A stretch of 64,000 nt of DNA from assembly GCF_009914755.1 (NCBI RefSeq), contig NC_060926.1. One strand, 5' to 3'. Source of the stretch: the human T2T-CHM13v2.0 reference genome, Homo sapiens. Numbering within the stretch: the stretch's first letter is position 1; each line of letters opens with the position of its first letter. The notes below the pieces were generated by a model. The model did not search any database and had not been told where the DNA came from. It saw only the letters and a list, made by a program, of their open reading frames with translations. The position numbers and the translations under genes are program-made. Shown here piece after piece: positions 1 through 12,620 of the stretch.

Positions 1-1364
1 TTGAGAGTTGTTGGGAGATGGTGAGGAATGGGATTAGGCTGTCATGGCAGATTAATGTGCCCCAGTATTTCACTTCTGGGACCTGGCCGAAAGCGACAAG
101 ATGGGTTTTCATTCCCAAGAAATGAGTATAAGAGATTATGCTAGAAATGAATAGAAGAAGTCTCCTAGGAGAATATACTACAAAGCTGCTTGGTACTGAT
201 ATTTAATCATCAGGGGCAGCTGTAATAGAGAGAAGGATGAGTGGGGAACGCTGTCCCTAGAGAAAACAGGGGAGAGGTGTGAACAGAGCAATTTCAAAGC
301 ACTGTGGTATTGCTGCCCTCTCTACCTATTGATCATTCATTGTACGCACTCCAATACTTAAAAATTAAGAACAAAGTATGAAAATGCGAAGGATCACTTG
401 TCAGAAAGGCTAAGAGAATAAATCAAATTGTGCTCTAACGAAAGCCACACTTTTTATTGTAGAGGCATTTTGCATTTTATATAGTAATTTGTCCCTTGCT
501 AAATGTCTCCTGTTTTTTTATAGCCTTATATATGAAAAAAAGGTAGCATATACTTTGCTGCATAATAATTGGTGCATTTAAATCCCATTTTCAAATCACT
601 TCAAAGACTAGAATTCGACTGGGAGCACTTTAAGAGAAGGGATGTTTGCTATATCTCTTTATTTCTCCCACAATTCCTAGCACAGCATCTTGAATATAGA
701 AAATACTCACTTACTGGGAAATAAAAAACAAGAAAAGAAGATAGGTTTCTTGCAAGGGATTTTCTCAACAATGGCACACTCACTGAATAAATCTCATTCT
801 AATCAATAAAAAGGTAGTTCCTTGACCATGATGCTAAAAAGCCTCTTTCAGCATTCATCGTCAAGGGAAATCTTAACGGAGGTTGGGTAATGGTGGCATT
901 AAGTGTCCTAAGTGCAAAAATGACTCCATAAGGTAGGTGCAGTGCCCCTGACATCCCATGAGCTGATAAACTGCGTACAAAGTTAATTGTCTTGAGAAAA
1001 ACGCATCACACTACCTTGGAATAGGCAGATTTGATCATGTGATGTGAGGATGCAAAAAAACTCTCTGAAATCTAGTACTAGTGACTCAATACCTACCTCA
1101 TATGTGTGAATGTTGTTCAGTCTTATACAAGCAACCTGAGATTTGGGGACCTCGGTTTTTGTTTTTTTTTTGTAAAATTGAGGAAGTGTAAAACATAGCT
1201 AGTAAGGTTTAGTTTGGTTTTATAATTTTTATGGCTTCATGTCTTTGAACTGTTGGATGTCAAAATATATTTTAGTTCAAGAGCTCACATATCTGGAAAG
1301 GCAGCCAATAAACTGGAAGCTCAACAACTCAAAATAGATGTCACAAAGTCATGGACCAGAGTGT

Positions 1365-1555
1365 GATACAGTGGTTAAAGAATGGCTTCTGAAAACAGAC
1401 AGCCCTGGTCCAGGCTCCAGTCTACCACATGAATGGATTTGGGCAAGTTTACTTACCTTCCTGAGGCTCAGTTCCTCCTGTAAAATGGAGACAAGAATAT
1501 CAACTCTAAAGAGTTGATGTTGGTAAGGGCTTAAGACACAGTAAACAATAAATAA
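1365..1555 (+). mobile_element. MIR SINE
   Basis: cagtggttaaag...ttgggcaagtttacttaccttcctgaggctcagttcctcctgtaaaatggag, the MIR core. Confidence 0.75.
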
Positions 1556-1584
1556 ACTGTAGTTCTTCTCATTGTCTCAGGAAG

Positions 1585-2060
1585 TGTTAGTTGCAAAGAA
1601 CAGAAGTGGAGTACAACCAGCTTCACTAAAAGGAAGGCTGATTGAATGATACCAGGAACTCTGAAGTAGCCCAATTTTCACAAGCATGGCTGGGTCTCCT
1701 AGAAATAGGAACAAGGATGGAGAGAGCCAGGGATCAAGCCTGTCTTTTTTCTGTCTTTCTCTCAGGTTACACAGTCTCTCCGTTCTGCTTCTCTTTGAAT
1801 ATCAGCTCCATCCTTCTCTCCTCTTTGTAGACTGGTTTTCTTGTTTTTTTCATCCGCTTGGTATGTGGTCATCATAGCTTTTCCCAAATGGCAGCCTCAG
1901 CTCCCAAATCTGCATGAGCCTGCAGCTTGGATCCCTGCAGCTAACTGTCTTAATATCACGGTAATCCAACTCCAAATTCCTGTGAGATAAAATCCGATCG
2001 GTCCAGCTTTGATTAGGTGTGCACTGTTGGTCCCAACAGCTGAGGGATCAACTAGCAAGA
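1585..2060. mobile_element. Old MaLR LTR fragment (MLT1K/L/N-like)
   Basis: ttagttgcaaagaacagaa...ccagctt and aatccgatcggtccagctttgattaggtgtgc resemble old MLT1 consensus; diverged. Confidence 0.45.
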
Positions 2061-2439
2061 AGAGCAGCCTCTGTCAGCGCCATACACCAGCTCTCTCTCT
2101 GGGGAGGGGCCATTGGTATCTGAGTATAAGTATTGGGCACTTCACTCTTGAAAGGACTCAAAAGGCTCTGACTCTTGTTTTACAGACACAATTCTAACAC
2201 AGTTATCCCATCTTTCTGCATAAGTGGTAGAGTGGTAGGGGGCTGGAGAGAGCATGCTAGAGGGAGATACAGTGATGATGATACCATTGGCCTGGGGGAG
2301 AGAGGAATCCTAAAAAAGTAATGCAGTGCAGACACAAGAACTCCAAACAAGGAGCAATCGGACCCTACAATGAAAGCATACACAACGTACACAATGGGCT
2401 CCAGCTGTTTAGTGCAGCATCAAGACAATGTATAAAACA

Positions 2440-2905
2440 ATGTTTCATTGCAGCTCTATTCACAATAGCAAAGACATGGAATCCTAAATGCCCATCAATG
2501 ACAGATTGAATTTAAAAAAATGTGGTATATATACACCCTGGAACACTATGGAACACTATGCACCCATAAAAAAGAATGAGGTCATGTCTTTTGCAGGAAC
2601 ATGGACAGAACTGAAGGCTATTATCCTTAGCAAACTAATGCAGGAACAGAAAACCAAACGCTACATGTTCTCAATTACAAGTGGGAGCTAAATGATGAGA
2701 ACTTATGAACACAAAGAAGGAAACAATAGATACTGGGGTCTGTTTGAGGCAGGAGGGAGAAGAGCAGAAAAGGTAACTATCAGGTACTGGGCTTAATACC
2801 TGGGTAATGAAATAATATATATTTAACAAACCCCCGTTACACATGGTTACCTATGTAACAAACCTTCACATGTACCCCCAAACCTAAAATAAAAGTTAAA
2901 AACAA
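2440..2905 (+). mobile_element. L1 3' end (older L1PA, about PA13-17 type), 5'-truncated
   Basis: ORF2 C-terminal relic (FIAALFTIAKTW; SFAGTWTELKAIILSKLMQEQKTK), L1 3'UTR, ends acctaaaataaaagttaaaa. Confidence 0.9.
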
Positions 2906-3019
2906 ACAAGCAATGTTTTATAATAATTTATAAGAGGTTGCATCTGTTAAAGAAATCAGGAAACTTTGTTAAAGTGCTGTAGTTAAAGATATCTCATCCA
3001 CTCATGCAGTTATCCTTTG

Positions 3020-5150
3020 TTCATTCACCAAACATTTATTGTTTATTATGCTCCCCCAAGTACTGTCCATGCACTGTTGCACATGCCAAATAAGAAGGGA
3101 AGACACATCTGCAAGTCAGCAATTAAAATGGCATGAAGTGCACACTTTGGAAAAGGCACAACCAGGGCATAGGAAATTGACCATGGGGGTACATTAGGGT
3201 GGATAGAAACACGAAGGTGATGCTTTCAGAGGAGTTTTGGGGAAAGAAGGAGAGAAGGGCATGCCAGGCAGGGGAAACAGCATATTGGGCAGCAGAGAGA
3301 TGTGACTGAGCAGGACCCCACCAGTGCTTCTTGGAGTCCCTGTGTCTGGAACATAGATGCATGAGTAGGGTGAGCTGCGGCGAGTGGGCACTGGGCCAGG
3401 GAAATGGGCAGGAGTCCGAATGAAAAGGGCCCGAAGGGGCTAAGCTAAGGAACTGGAACACTATTCTAAAAGCCACAGGAGATGTGGATGGCTTTTAAGC
3501 AGGGGAGTGACCTGGTCAGCTTTGTGAATTAGAAAGATTATTCTGGAGTGCCAAGCAGCCTCGGGAGGAGAGTCGTGCTGTTCGTTGTAGCAAACCAGGA
3601 GTCATGCCAAGAAGCAGTCCTTGCTGTAAGCATGCAGAGGAGGCACTGGCTTTGAGGGGAGCTGCAGGGTAGGCTGGGTGACTGGCGCATTTTTGGTGGG
3701 GCCATTCCTTGGGGTAGAGAATACAAGAAAGAGGCATGGAGGGAAAGACTGAGGTTGAGGGGACTGTAGGACTTTGAAGAGGAGGTCTTCCTCAAGCAAT
3801 GGAATAAGTGCCTGGAGATAAGCTGGGAATTATGGTTCAAAGAAATGTATTCAGGGCTCATCAGCAGATGGCTGGTGGCCCTGCGTGAAGGATCGTGAAG
3901 AGTGAGAGAGGAAGAGGGAGGGCATCATCAGTGAAGGCTGGGGCAGAGGGACAGAGGCCTGAAACCAACGGAGATTCAAGGCTGTACAGGTGGATGAAAA
4001 CCCTTTGTCTGTGAGATAAAGGAAGAGAGAGTTTCAGGAAGGAGGGAGCGACAAAGTATATCTCATGGCAAGAGGTATTATGAAAGAAGGACAACGAAAA
4101 GGTCCGACAGCTTTGAGAAAAGGGGGCCACGGGTGTCATTCCTGAGGTAGTTTCTCCAATGATTGGAACCGGAAGCCATGTGGGAGGACAGGGGTTGGGA
4201 GAAGGGAAGGAAGTGAACCCAGACAGCTTTCCATGAAGCTTGACTGGGAAGGAAAGAAGGAAATAGAACTGAAGCTGGAGAGTGAAGTGGGGATTAGGGT
4301 AGGCTTTTTTCAAGATGCGGGGGAGCTGTTTCTATTAATAGGATGCAGACAGCCAGCAGAAAGGGACAGCAGATACAGGAGGGAGAGGAAGATTGATGGC
4401 ACAAAGTCCCAGAGGAGAAGCAAGGAAGGGTCCAAGGCAGAGGTGGAGGGATTAGCCTCGGACGAGGGAAGGACAGCCCTCTTACCGAGATAGGAGGGAA
4501 GGAGGGAAGGATGGGGATGGACAGATAAGTTTGTAGGTGGCAGGGGAGGAAATTGAGAGAATTCTCGATTGATGGCCTCAATTTTCTCCGTGAAGTAGGA
4601 GGCAAGGTGATCTGCTGAGTGGTGCGGGGGAGGCGGGGGAGCAGGAGGTGGTTTTGGAAGACACAAGTTTGGTATATGAAACTGCTAAGAGCAATGGGGA
4701 ATGGGGCTGGCTAGGGACACAGAAAGACTGGCAGCGAGTTCTAGCGTCCAGCCAAGTGGGAGGAATATATATTTGGTATGTCTCTAACTCTCACAACTGT
4801 GACATTTTCTCCTAAAGCTTTTATAAGTCTAGGCAGAGTAGCAAGAGACTGAATTGTTAGATTGAACCAGGACTGAGTTTCTGCAGAGTGGATGTCACAG
4901 AGACTTGGTCAGGAAATGATAGGATATTGAGAAGAGAGCACTGAAGTGATGGGCTATAGGATACAGATTGGACAGAGGGCACAAAATTGAAATTCATCTG
5001 CTAGATCAGGAGTAAATACAAGAGTCCAAGACTCCTGAAGTCTTAGTGGGTAGATGTTTGGAGGAAAAAAGAGAATGATGAGCTGAAAAGAACCTGTTGA
5101 CAAAGAGCAGACTGTGAAAGTTTCAGATAATAGAGGCTGACTTGTTCTAG
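3020..5150 (-). mobile_element. L2 LINE relic
   Basis: Starts with the reverse-complemented L2 3' end (ttcattcaccaaacatttatt); purine-rich body; minus-frame peptide LASYFTEKIEAINRE resembles L2 ORF2. Far boundary approximate. Confidence 0.75.
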
Positions 5151-6032
5151 AGGCTGTGAAATCAGTCATCTGAAGTTAATCTTACCTCTTCGTTGAGGCC
5201 TTCTCTACTTTCCCTACCCCAAAACTTTTCTCTCCAGCCTCTGAAAGCCTCTGTCTTTTGTTTGCAGGCAGACAGTGAAAGAAACATTAACGGCAGACTC
5301 TCAATATACAAGTCAGGAGACCTGGGTTTTGGTCTTATTTCTAGCACCCATAAGTTCTGTGGCCTTGGCCACAGTATGAGCCACAAAGCAACAGCTATCT
5401 TGACCAGGAAAACCTGCTTAGGGACAGATTATTCTATCTATACACATCATGTGTGTGGCAAATAGTTGCCCAGACATCCCTGTATTTCTGTAATTCCTTT
5501 GTTTCTTCCACCTTTCTATGGGAGTAGGGAATGGGAGGAGCAAAAACTATATTCCTTGAACGTGGCTTTATTTTACTATAGTTTATACAATACCCAACAT
5601 CAAAAGAATCCTGGAAGAGACTCTATTGGAGAAGGAAAACTATATTTTGCTTCATCAAATTTCCTAAGACTGCTTTTATTTTAACAGTCTCACACCAGAG
5701 TTTGAGAGTAGCAAGTCCAAGAAGCTTATAACGCCATAAAGGCAAATATTCTGGGAGGAAAAAAGTAGACCCTTTAAAATCCAAGCTTTGTTATCTGAGT
5801 AAGGTCAACAGAGACCGACCAAATCAACAAGCATGACATGAAGGGCAAATCTGCAATTAAAAGAAGAATAGGGAATTATAAAGATGGATGGGCCCCATGA
5901 CATGCACGCCCAAGCCTGCATGGCCTTGGCCTCGGATGCCAGAAATTAATGCTTTACTCTTTAGCATTCGTCACCTTTGGCTCTGAACAGAAAGGCAAAT
6001 GCATTAAAATAACAACAGTTTAGAACACTTAC

Positions 6033-6142
6033 TTAGCTTGGAAGGCATTGTTGGTTCCCCTGTGGTCGAGGTCATGACACAGGCATCCCACAATCACCGC
6101 TAAAATTTCCACCTCGGTCAGAATGTCTTGAAACCCAGCAGT
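6033..6142 (-). CDS. PDE11A: PDE11A coding exon, 110 nt (probably exon 13 of PDE11A4): [36 protein letters not shown](K)
   Basis: Acceptor ttccccttcttcccag, donor AA|gtaagt; contains the class I PDE metal-binding signature HDxxHxGxxN; phase 0 start, phase 2 end. Confidence 0.97.
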
Positions 6143-7253
6143 CTGGGAAGAAGGGGAAAATGGCAACAGTCACTACTGGGGTACGGAGGATGGATAAGGT
6201 TAGGTGCTGAGCAACAGTCAACTCTGTTTTCATACCCACATCATTTAAGGAGATGATTAACTGCCACTCCCTCAGACAACAGTAAGTTGGGTGGTCAGTT
6301 GCACAGCCTAAGGTCCCCACAGTGATGAATTAGCTTGCTGTCACAGCAGCCCACGCTGCCACACTGGGACATAGTTCAGACTATTTTGTTCCCTTTTTAG
6401 AGAGAAGGTTGGACTATCCAGAGACAGTGACAGTTTAGCAAAGGCCCAGGGCAAAATGTGTTTTGTTATTATACATTTTAATGATGAGCATAGGGTTTGG
6501 AGGTTGGAGGTTGGGGAATAGGAAGGGGCAGTGAATTGCAAAGTGAACACTACACCTGCCAGATCCCACCCAAATGAGAGCAGGCAGAAGGAGAACACAA
6601 CCCTTCTTTTTTTTTTTTTTTTTTAACATTAAAAGGAGACACTTTAACATACTCAAATTGTTATACAATGACATCCTAGAGGTTATCTTGTAAATACCCT
6701 AATTCATATTAGGTTGGTAGACAGATGAAATTCATACAGATAATAAGGCAGTGCATGTCATGGACACCAGAATTTGTCAGAGGATTGTCAACCCAGACTG
6801 AGGATTGAGTGGGGTATCCATTACTGGGAATTCTTTTTTCTTATCTTGTGGTAGCTTGCTGGTGAAATGCACAGCTGTGATGTGATTTCTTTTAGAAGCA
6901 GGTTGACATAATTATGTAATCAACAGCAGCAATGCTTCTTGGGTTGCTGCTGGCCCTTTCATTAGTTTAGAAGAGGAAGTGGACCTCTGGGAATGCAGGT
7001 CTATGCATTTTCTTGATCGAAGGCCTTTATATCTCCCCCTCTTTTACTTTGTAAGTCTCCCATTTCATTACTTATTAAAATCTTTATCAGAGAGTGGGAG
7101 GAGGGGGAGGATTAGGGTACAAATTGCTTCACTTTTCATGTGTTTTTTTCCACCAAATCTAGGATCACTGGCCCACACCTGTAAGACACTTCTCTTAGTA
7201 AAATGAAAATTTTGTTTTTAAATTGGTTATGTTTGTGTTGCAGAAATAACTGA

Positions 7254-7586
<333 letters not shown>

Positions 7587-7707
7587 TAATAAATAGACTT
7601 GGGTCCACTGCTACATTTAGAAATACATATAACTTCATTTGTATAGCAAATGGGAATGTTAATAAATTGGGAGTATGAAATAGTCCATGTCAAAGCTTGC
7701 ATATGCC

Positions 7708-8011
7708 GGCCAGGCACGGTGGCTCAAAATTGTAATCCCAGCACTTTGGGAGGCCGAGGTGGGTAGATCAACTGAGGTCAGGAATTCGAGACCAGCCTGA
7801 TGAACATGGCAAAACCCCATCTTTACTGAAAATACAAAAATTAGCCTCGCTTGGTGGCACGCGCCTGTAATCCCAGCTATTCGTGAGGCTGAGGCAGGAG
7901 AATCGCTTGAACCGGGAGACAGAGGTTGCAGTGAGCCTGTATGGCACCACTGCACTCCAGTCTGAGCGACAGAGCAAGACTCCATCTCAAACAAACAAAC
8001 AAACAAACAAA
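7708..8011 (+). mobile_element. AluS (Sx-like) with (CAAA)n tail
   Basis: Full dimer; TSD aaagcttg(c/t)atatgcc at 7692-7707 and 8012-8027. Confidence 0.95.
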
Positions 8012-8240
8012 AAAGCTTGTATATGCCCTTCATTTTAAAATCTGCAGTTGGCTGTTAGTTTTTCTAAGTTAATTTTATTTTACTTAAATTATTACCTGCA
8101 GTAACTAAAAAAATTCAAATTATACTGAGACTTAGAACTAAAAATCAGTAGTCCCTCATTATTCTCCTTTCTTGATTCCTGAAGGCAACTACTTTCTATT
8201 TTCTTTTTCACCTAAATTCGTAGTTTTCCCACCATATTTC

Positions 8241-8561
8241 TTTTCTTTTTTCTTTTTTTTTTTTTTTTTTTTTTTTTTTTGAGACGGAGTCTCTCTCTGT
8301 CGCCCAGGCTGGAGTGCAGTGGCGCGATCTTGGCTAACTGCAAGCTCCGCTTCCCAGGTTCATGCCATTCTCCTGCCTCAGCCTCCTGAGTAGCTGGGAC
8401 TACAGGTGCCCGCCACCACGCCCAGCTAATTTTTTGTATTTTTAGTAGAGATGGGGTTTCACTGTGTTAGCCAGGATGGTCTCGATCTACTGACCTTGTG
8501 ATCCACCTGCCTCAGCCTCCCAAAGTGCTGGGATTACAGGCGTGAGCCACTACGCCCAGCC
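8241..8561 (-). mobile_element. AluY with long poly(T)
   Basis: AluY diagnostics (gcaagctccgc, catgccattctcc, tgttagccaggatggtctcgatc); TSD cccac(c/t)atatttct on both sides. Confidence 0.93.
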
Positions 8562-8639
8562 CCCCACTATATTTCTATATAGCATGCACATATTATTAGC
8601 ACTTGGTTATTCACCAAGTACTCATATTGTCCTTTCTAT

Positions 8640-8850
8640 GTACCATACATTGTTCTAAGAGCTTTACAGCCATTTAACTTATGGAGTTCTCATAACAGTC
8701 CTGTTAGGTAGAAACTATTACTGTCCCCAGTTATAGATGAGAAAACTGAGTCACAGAGAGGCTAAGTCATATGCCCAGGGTCTCCCAGCTAGTGCATAGC
8801 AGAAGGGAGCAAGCTCCTAGCATCCTTTCACCAGAATCTGCCCTTGAACA
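8640..8850 (-). mobile_element. MIR SINE
   Basis: ccccagttatagatgagaaaactgagtcacagagaggctaagtcatatgcccagggtc. Confidence 0.75.
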
Positions 8851-8899
8851 CTGGCGACGTCTAGCAGCGGGTGAGTTTATGGTCACCCTCCCCTCACAC

Positions 8900-10870
8900 T
8901 CCCAATGTGATCCACAGAGCTTTCCTATATTACCATCCTATAAATATCATTCACCGCTGAGCCAACCAGTATACAATGATTGTTTCCTTAATAATGTACA
9001 TTTTCTTGTTTCCTGGAGTTAGGATTTCTGTGAAACATCTAAGTCTTCTCACACCCTACACAATTCTGCAAAATGCTTCTCAAAGCAATTTTGAAGTGGG
9101 TCAGAACGGTCACAGCTTGTTTCTAGATCCTTCCTGTCCTGGGGACTCCTTCCTGCAGCCTGACCCTGGGGTCTGGTCTGGATTCTCTCCTCTGCTGCCA
9201 GCAGCCCTCGGAGCTTCCTCCACCGTCATTCAGGGGGTTCCTCCTTCCCCTCCTGTGTCTGGTTCCCCACCTCCTGCAGCCCATGCCTTTCTTTTTCCTC
9301 ATTTACTCCCTCATTTTACAGGAGCACATCTGCAGGGGCTTCATGAGAAAAGGTCTTACTGTTTTTAAACACTGGAGGAGTTGGTTGTTTTCGAGGATTT
9401 GCATGACTGAAAAAACATCTTTATTCTATTCTCGTACTCAGTGTGCCTCACAATTCTAGGCTGAAACATTTTCACTCAGAATTTTGAAGGCCTGCTCTAT
9501 TGTGTTCTAGCTTCCAAAGTTGCTTTCGAGAAGAACATACCATTCTCAATCCTAATACTTTGAATGTTATTTGATTTTCTTTCTTTTAGAATTTCCTCTT
9601 TATTTCTGGTGTTCAGCAATTTCACAGAGATATGCTTTGGGTTGGAACTTTTTTCCCCGTTCAATTTGTGTGTTAAGCCTAATCTGGAGAATCAATTTCT
9701 TCAGCACAATGAAGAAATTTACTAATCTTTTTTTCTTTTCTTTTTTTTTTAAAATAATTTTCTCTTCAGGAGTTTTTTTCTGCCCTATTTGAATGAAACT
9801 CCAATTAGTTGGATACTGGACTTCTGGTACTGATTTTCTTATCTCCTCTTTTCTGTTTCCTATATAGGTCTTTCCTCTTACTTTCCAGGCATAATAATAT
9901 GTTTAGTTTATAAAAATTTTCTTGTTTGCTGCTCCTTGTCTTATAATAGCATGCTATTCTTCTCCCATGGATGCATGATCTTTTCTTGTCTTTCTGAAGA
10001 TATTGATTATAATTCTTCTGAAAATTTCTTCTGTTCCCCGTATTGCCTTTTTTCTCTGAACTCCTTCTTTTCTCTGTGTTTGGTGGTTTCTCTCAAGTGT
10101 CTGTCTGGTAACCTTTGGTGGTCTTTTCATTCTTAAGAGTAAAGCATCACAAAACTCACTGTGCACCAGTGTATGTGGGTGGTGCCTGGAGATTGCTGTG
10201 TCTTATCACGGGGTGACTGTGTGGCCAGCTGGTCTTTTGCTGGAGATGCCCAAATGTCAACATCTAAACTCATTTTCTCTGGACTTTCCAATCTGTTGCC
10301 TGGGAATGGTGTAAACACGTGTGTTGGCATCCTGAGAAAAGAGAACTGTAGCTGTCCACCTGTGAGGATGTAGGCTTTCACTTAATCCTCTTATTTTGAG
10401 TGTGCACCTCATCCTAACTTTGCTTTAGGTTGTGTACCCAACTCTGAGATTCAGTTTTTCTGGCAAATACTCTGGTTATGGCAGAGGCAGGGGGAAAAGT
10501 AGCCCTCCAGCTACAGAGAGGGGATGGAGACTTAGGCACTCATTGTTTCCATCACTCCCTCATTCCACATCACCTAATTTTCATGGTATCTGAGGCCTCC
10601 AGTTCCTGAGTCTCGTTAGGTGCTGGGGGTAGCATTATTTCTTATGGGTACCCCTTCCTCCACACCCTCACCTCTGAAGACACTTGGGTTTCTCTTCTCT
10701 GCTAAGTTATGAACTATCCTCCCTTCACTTTCTGCCTTCATGTGTTATGAGTCCATGCAAGGCAGGATTTGTGTACATTTCTTTCTCTCCGTATTATTTG
10801 AGGATGATTTTTGAGAAGGGGAGGGGGGATAAATGTATTTTGTTGTCATCTCTATCATCTTAAAACTCAA
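8900..10870 (-). mobile_element. Ancient L1M/HAL1-like element (5'UTR and ORF1 region)
   Basis: T-rich antisense ORF1-type sequence (ctaggctgaaacattttcactcagaattttgaaggc...cttccaaagttgctttcgagaag), colinear with 23730-26290. Confidence 0.6.
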
Positions 10871-12276
10871 AATGTTGAGTTTGGTCTTGCTAATACTAGG
10901 TAAAACTTGAAAAGTCTATCAAGTATGAAATAATTACCTATGATACTCCAGAAATAAGTGTTGTGCAATGATATTGTGCTAAAATTTAGAGAGACTTTGC
11001 CCATGGAAAAGCTATTGACTAGAATTAGCTGATGAATCAGAGCAGTAAGTTAGAGATAATGTTAAAATAAGGTAATTTGACTAGAAATTTAATCAGTAGT
11101 TAAAATCAAATGCCATCTAATAGATTTGAGATCAAAATCCCCAGCCATTTTTAAGCCATCAGTTATCACCCATTTTATAATAAGATGGAACATATTTTGC
11201 TAAAATGTTCCACACAGTCCCTGTCCCCTGCTCTGCCCAGAAATCTAGCATCTTGGTCTTAAACTACTGGTATCATGGATACTTTTAAGAACATAACAGA
11301 GCCCTAGACTCTCTTCCTAGAACATTTTCTATAATTTTATAATATCAAAGACTATGGAGCCTATCTCTAGATCCTCGGAGTAGAGAATCCCTGAAGTACA
11401 GCACCCACACACAGTCACACAAAACATATTTACCTCTCCCGACGGTGATACCTGAGTTACTGAAGCAGCACCTATCTCTTGACTGTGATTTAAAGCTGCC
11501 TGGTAAATGGTTTCTGGGAGTCATCAGGCCTGAAAAATGCCCACCTGCCACTAAGTGTCCTTTTGCCCCTCCCCCGCCCTCATCCATCTTCCTCCCAGGG
11601 CTATCCATTCAGGCCTGCACGTACTGATATTGAGTAGAAAAAGTCAACTGCCTGCTGAAGACAATATACTTTCAAAAGAAAACAGAGAGGCGGCAGGAAG
11701 TATATTTTAATGCATTTACCCCATTCTTGACTCTGGTTTATTCTTTTATTTTCAAATAAAATTATATTTTTCTGCTCCTGACCCAATCATTATGGGTTTT
11801 ATTGAGCTTTAATGTTAATATATCTTCTCACCTGTATTCCCTCACAGTTCGTATCAGAAATAATAAGCAGTAAATACAATATATCTAAGTAAAGAGTCAG
11901 CCAGGGCATATAAACCTATTTCCCATGTCACCCCCTCCAGCAAAGCCTTTCACCTGTCCTCTGAGCAGGCCTCCAATGATATTCCTTCATTGGGCTGAAA
12001 TGTATACTGGGATAAGCCTACCCCCAGCCACTACGGCATATAATAACTAGAACTCCAAAAGACCCAAGCCAGTAAGATTGATTCTCAGGGTCTCCTGGAC
12101 TACCCAGTAATTTCTATCATTAGCCAATGTAAAATTTAAATCAGCCAGGATGTACTCTCATTTTAATGTTGATCCTGTATGATACCAGTGAATGGGGGAA
12201 TATCATAGCCAGAGAAAAATGACTGTTACTTTGTGACTCTGTTGAATCCAAACAGGTGTAAAAACACCCATAATAT

Positions 12277-12294
12277 CAACACTAGATGGTGCTA
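12277..12294 (+). promoter_or_regulatory. Candidate CTCF site (forward)
   Basis: caACACTAGATGGTGCta compared with consensus CCACYAGRKGGCRC. Confidence 0.55.
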
Positions 12295-12399
12295 TAGACA
12301 ATTTACTAATTTAAGAAGTGTCATTAAGTGCCTATTATATATTGAGCACTGGGTAGATTTGAGAAGAGGCCTGGGATAATGTCAACAACAGTTAACTTT

Positions 12400-12620
12400 T
12401 ATAGTGCTTAGTATATGCCGGGCATTTTCCTAAATACTTCACATTCATTAGCTCATTTAATCCTTACAAGAACTCTCTGAGACAGGTAACTGTTCTTATC
12501 TTCCCATTTTGTAGATGAAAACATTGAGGCACCAGGTTACAAGACTACAAAGTAAGAGAGGTGGGATAAAAGCCCAGGTAGCCTGGCTCCCCAGTCTGTG
12601 TTCTTACTTACTGTGCTACA
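12400..12620 (-). mobile_element. MIR SINE
   Basis: ctcatttaatccttacaag...cccattttgtagatgaaaacattgaggcac. Confidence 0.75.

Noticed and set aside
3123-4666. Run of minus-strand ORFs up to 150 aa
   Set aside because: Degenerate L2 LINE sequence, not a host gene
7659-8033. ORF resembling many database 'hypothetical proteins' (also 30560, 31289, 52381, 61354)
   Set aside because: Antisense Alu translations
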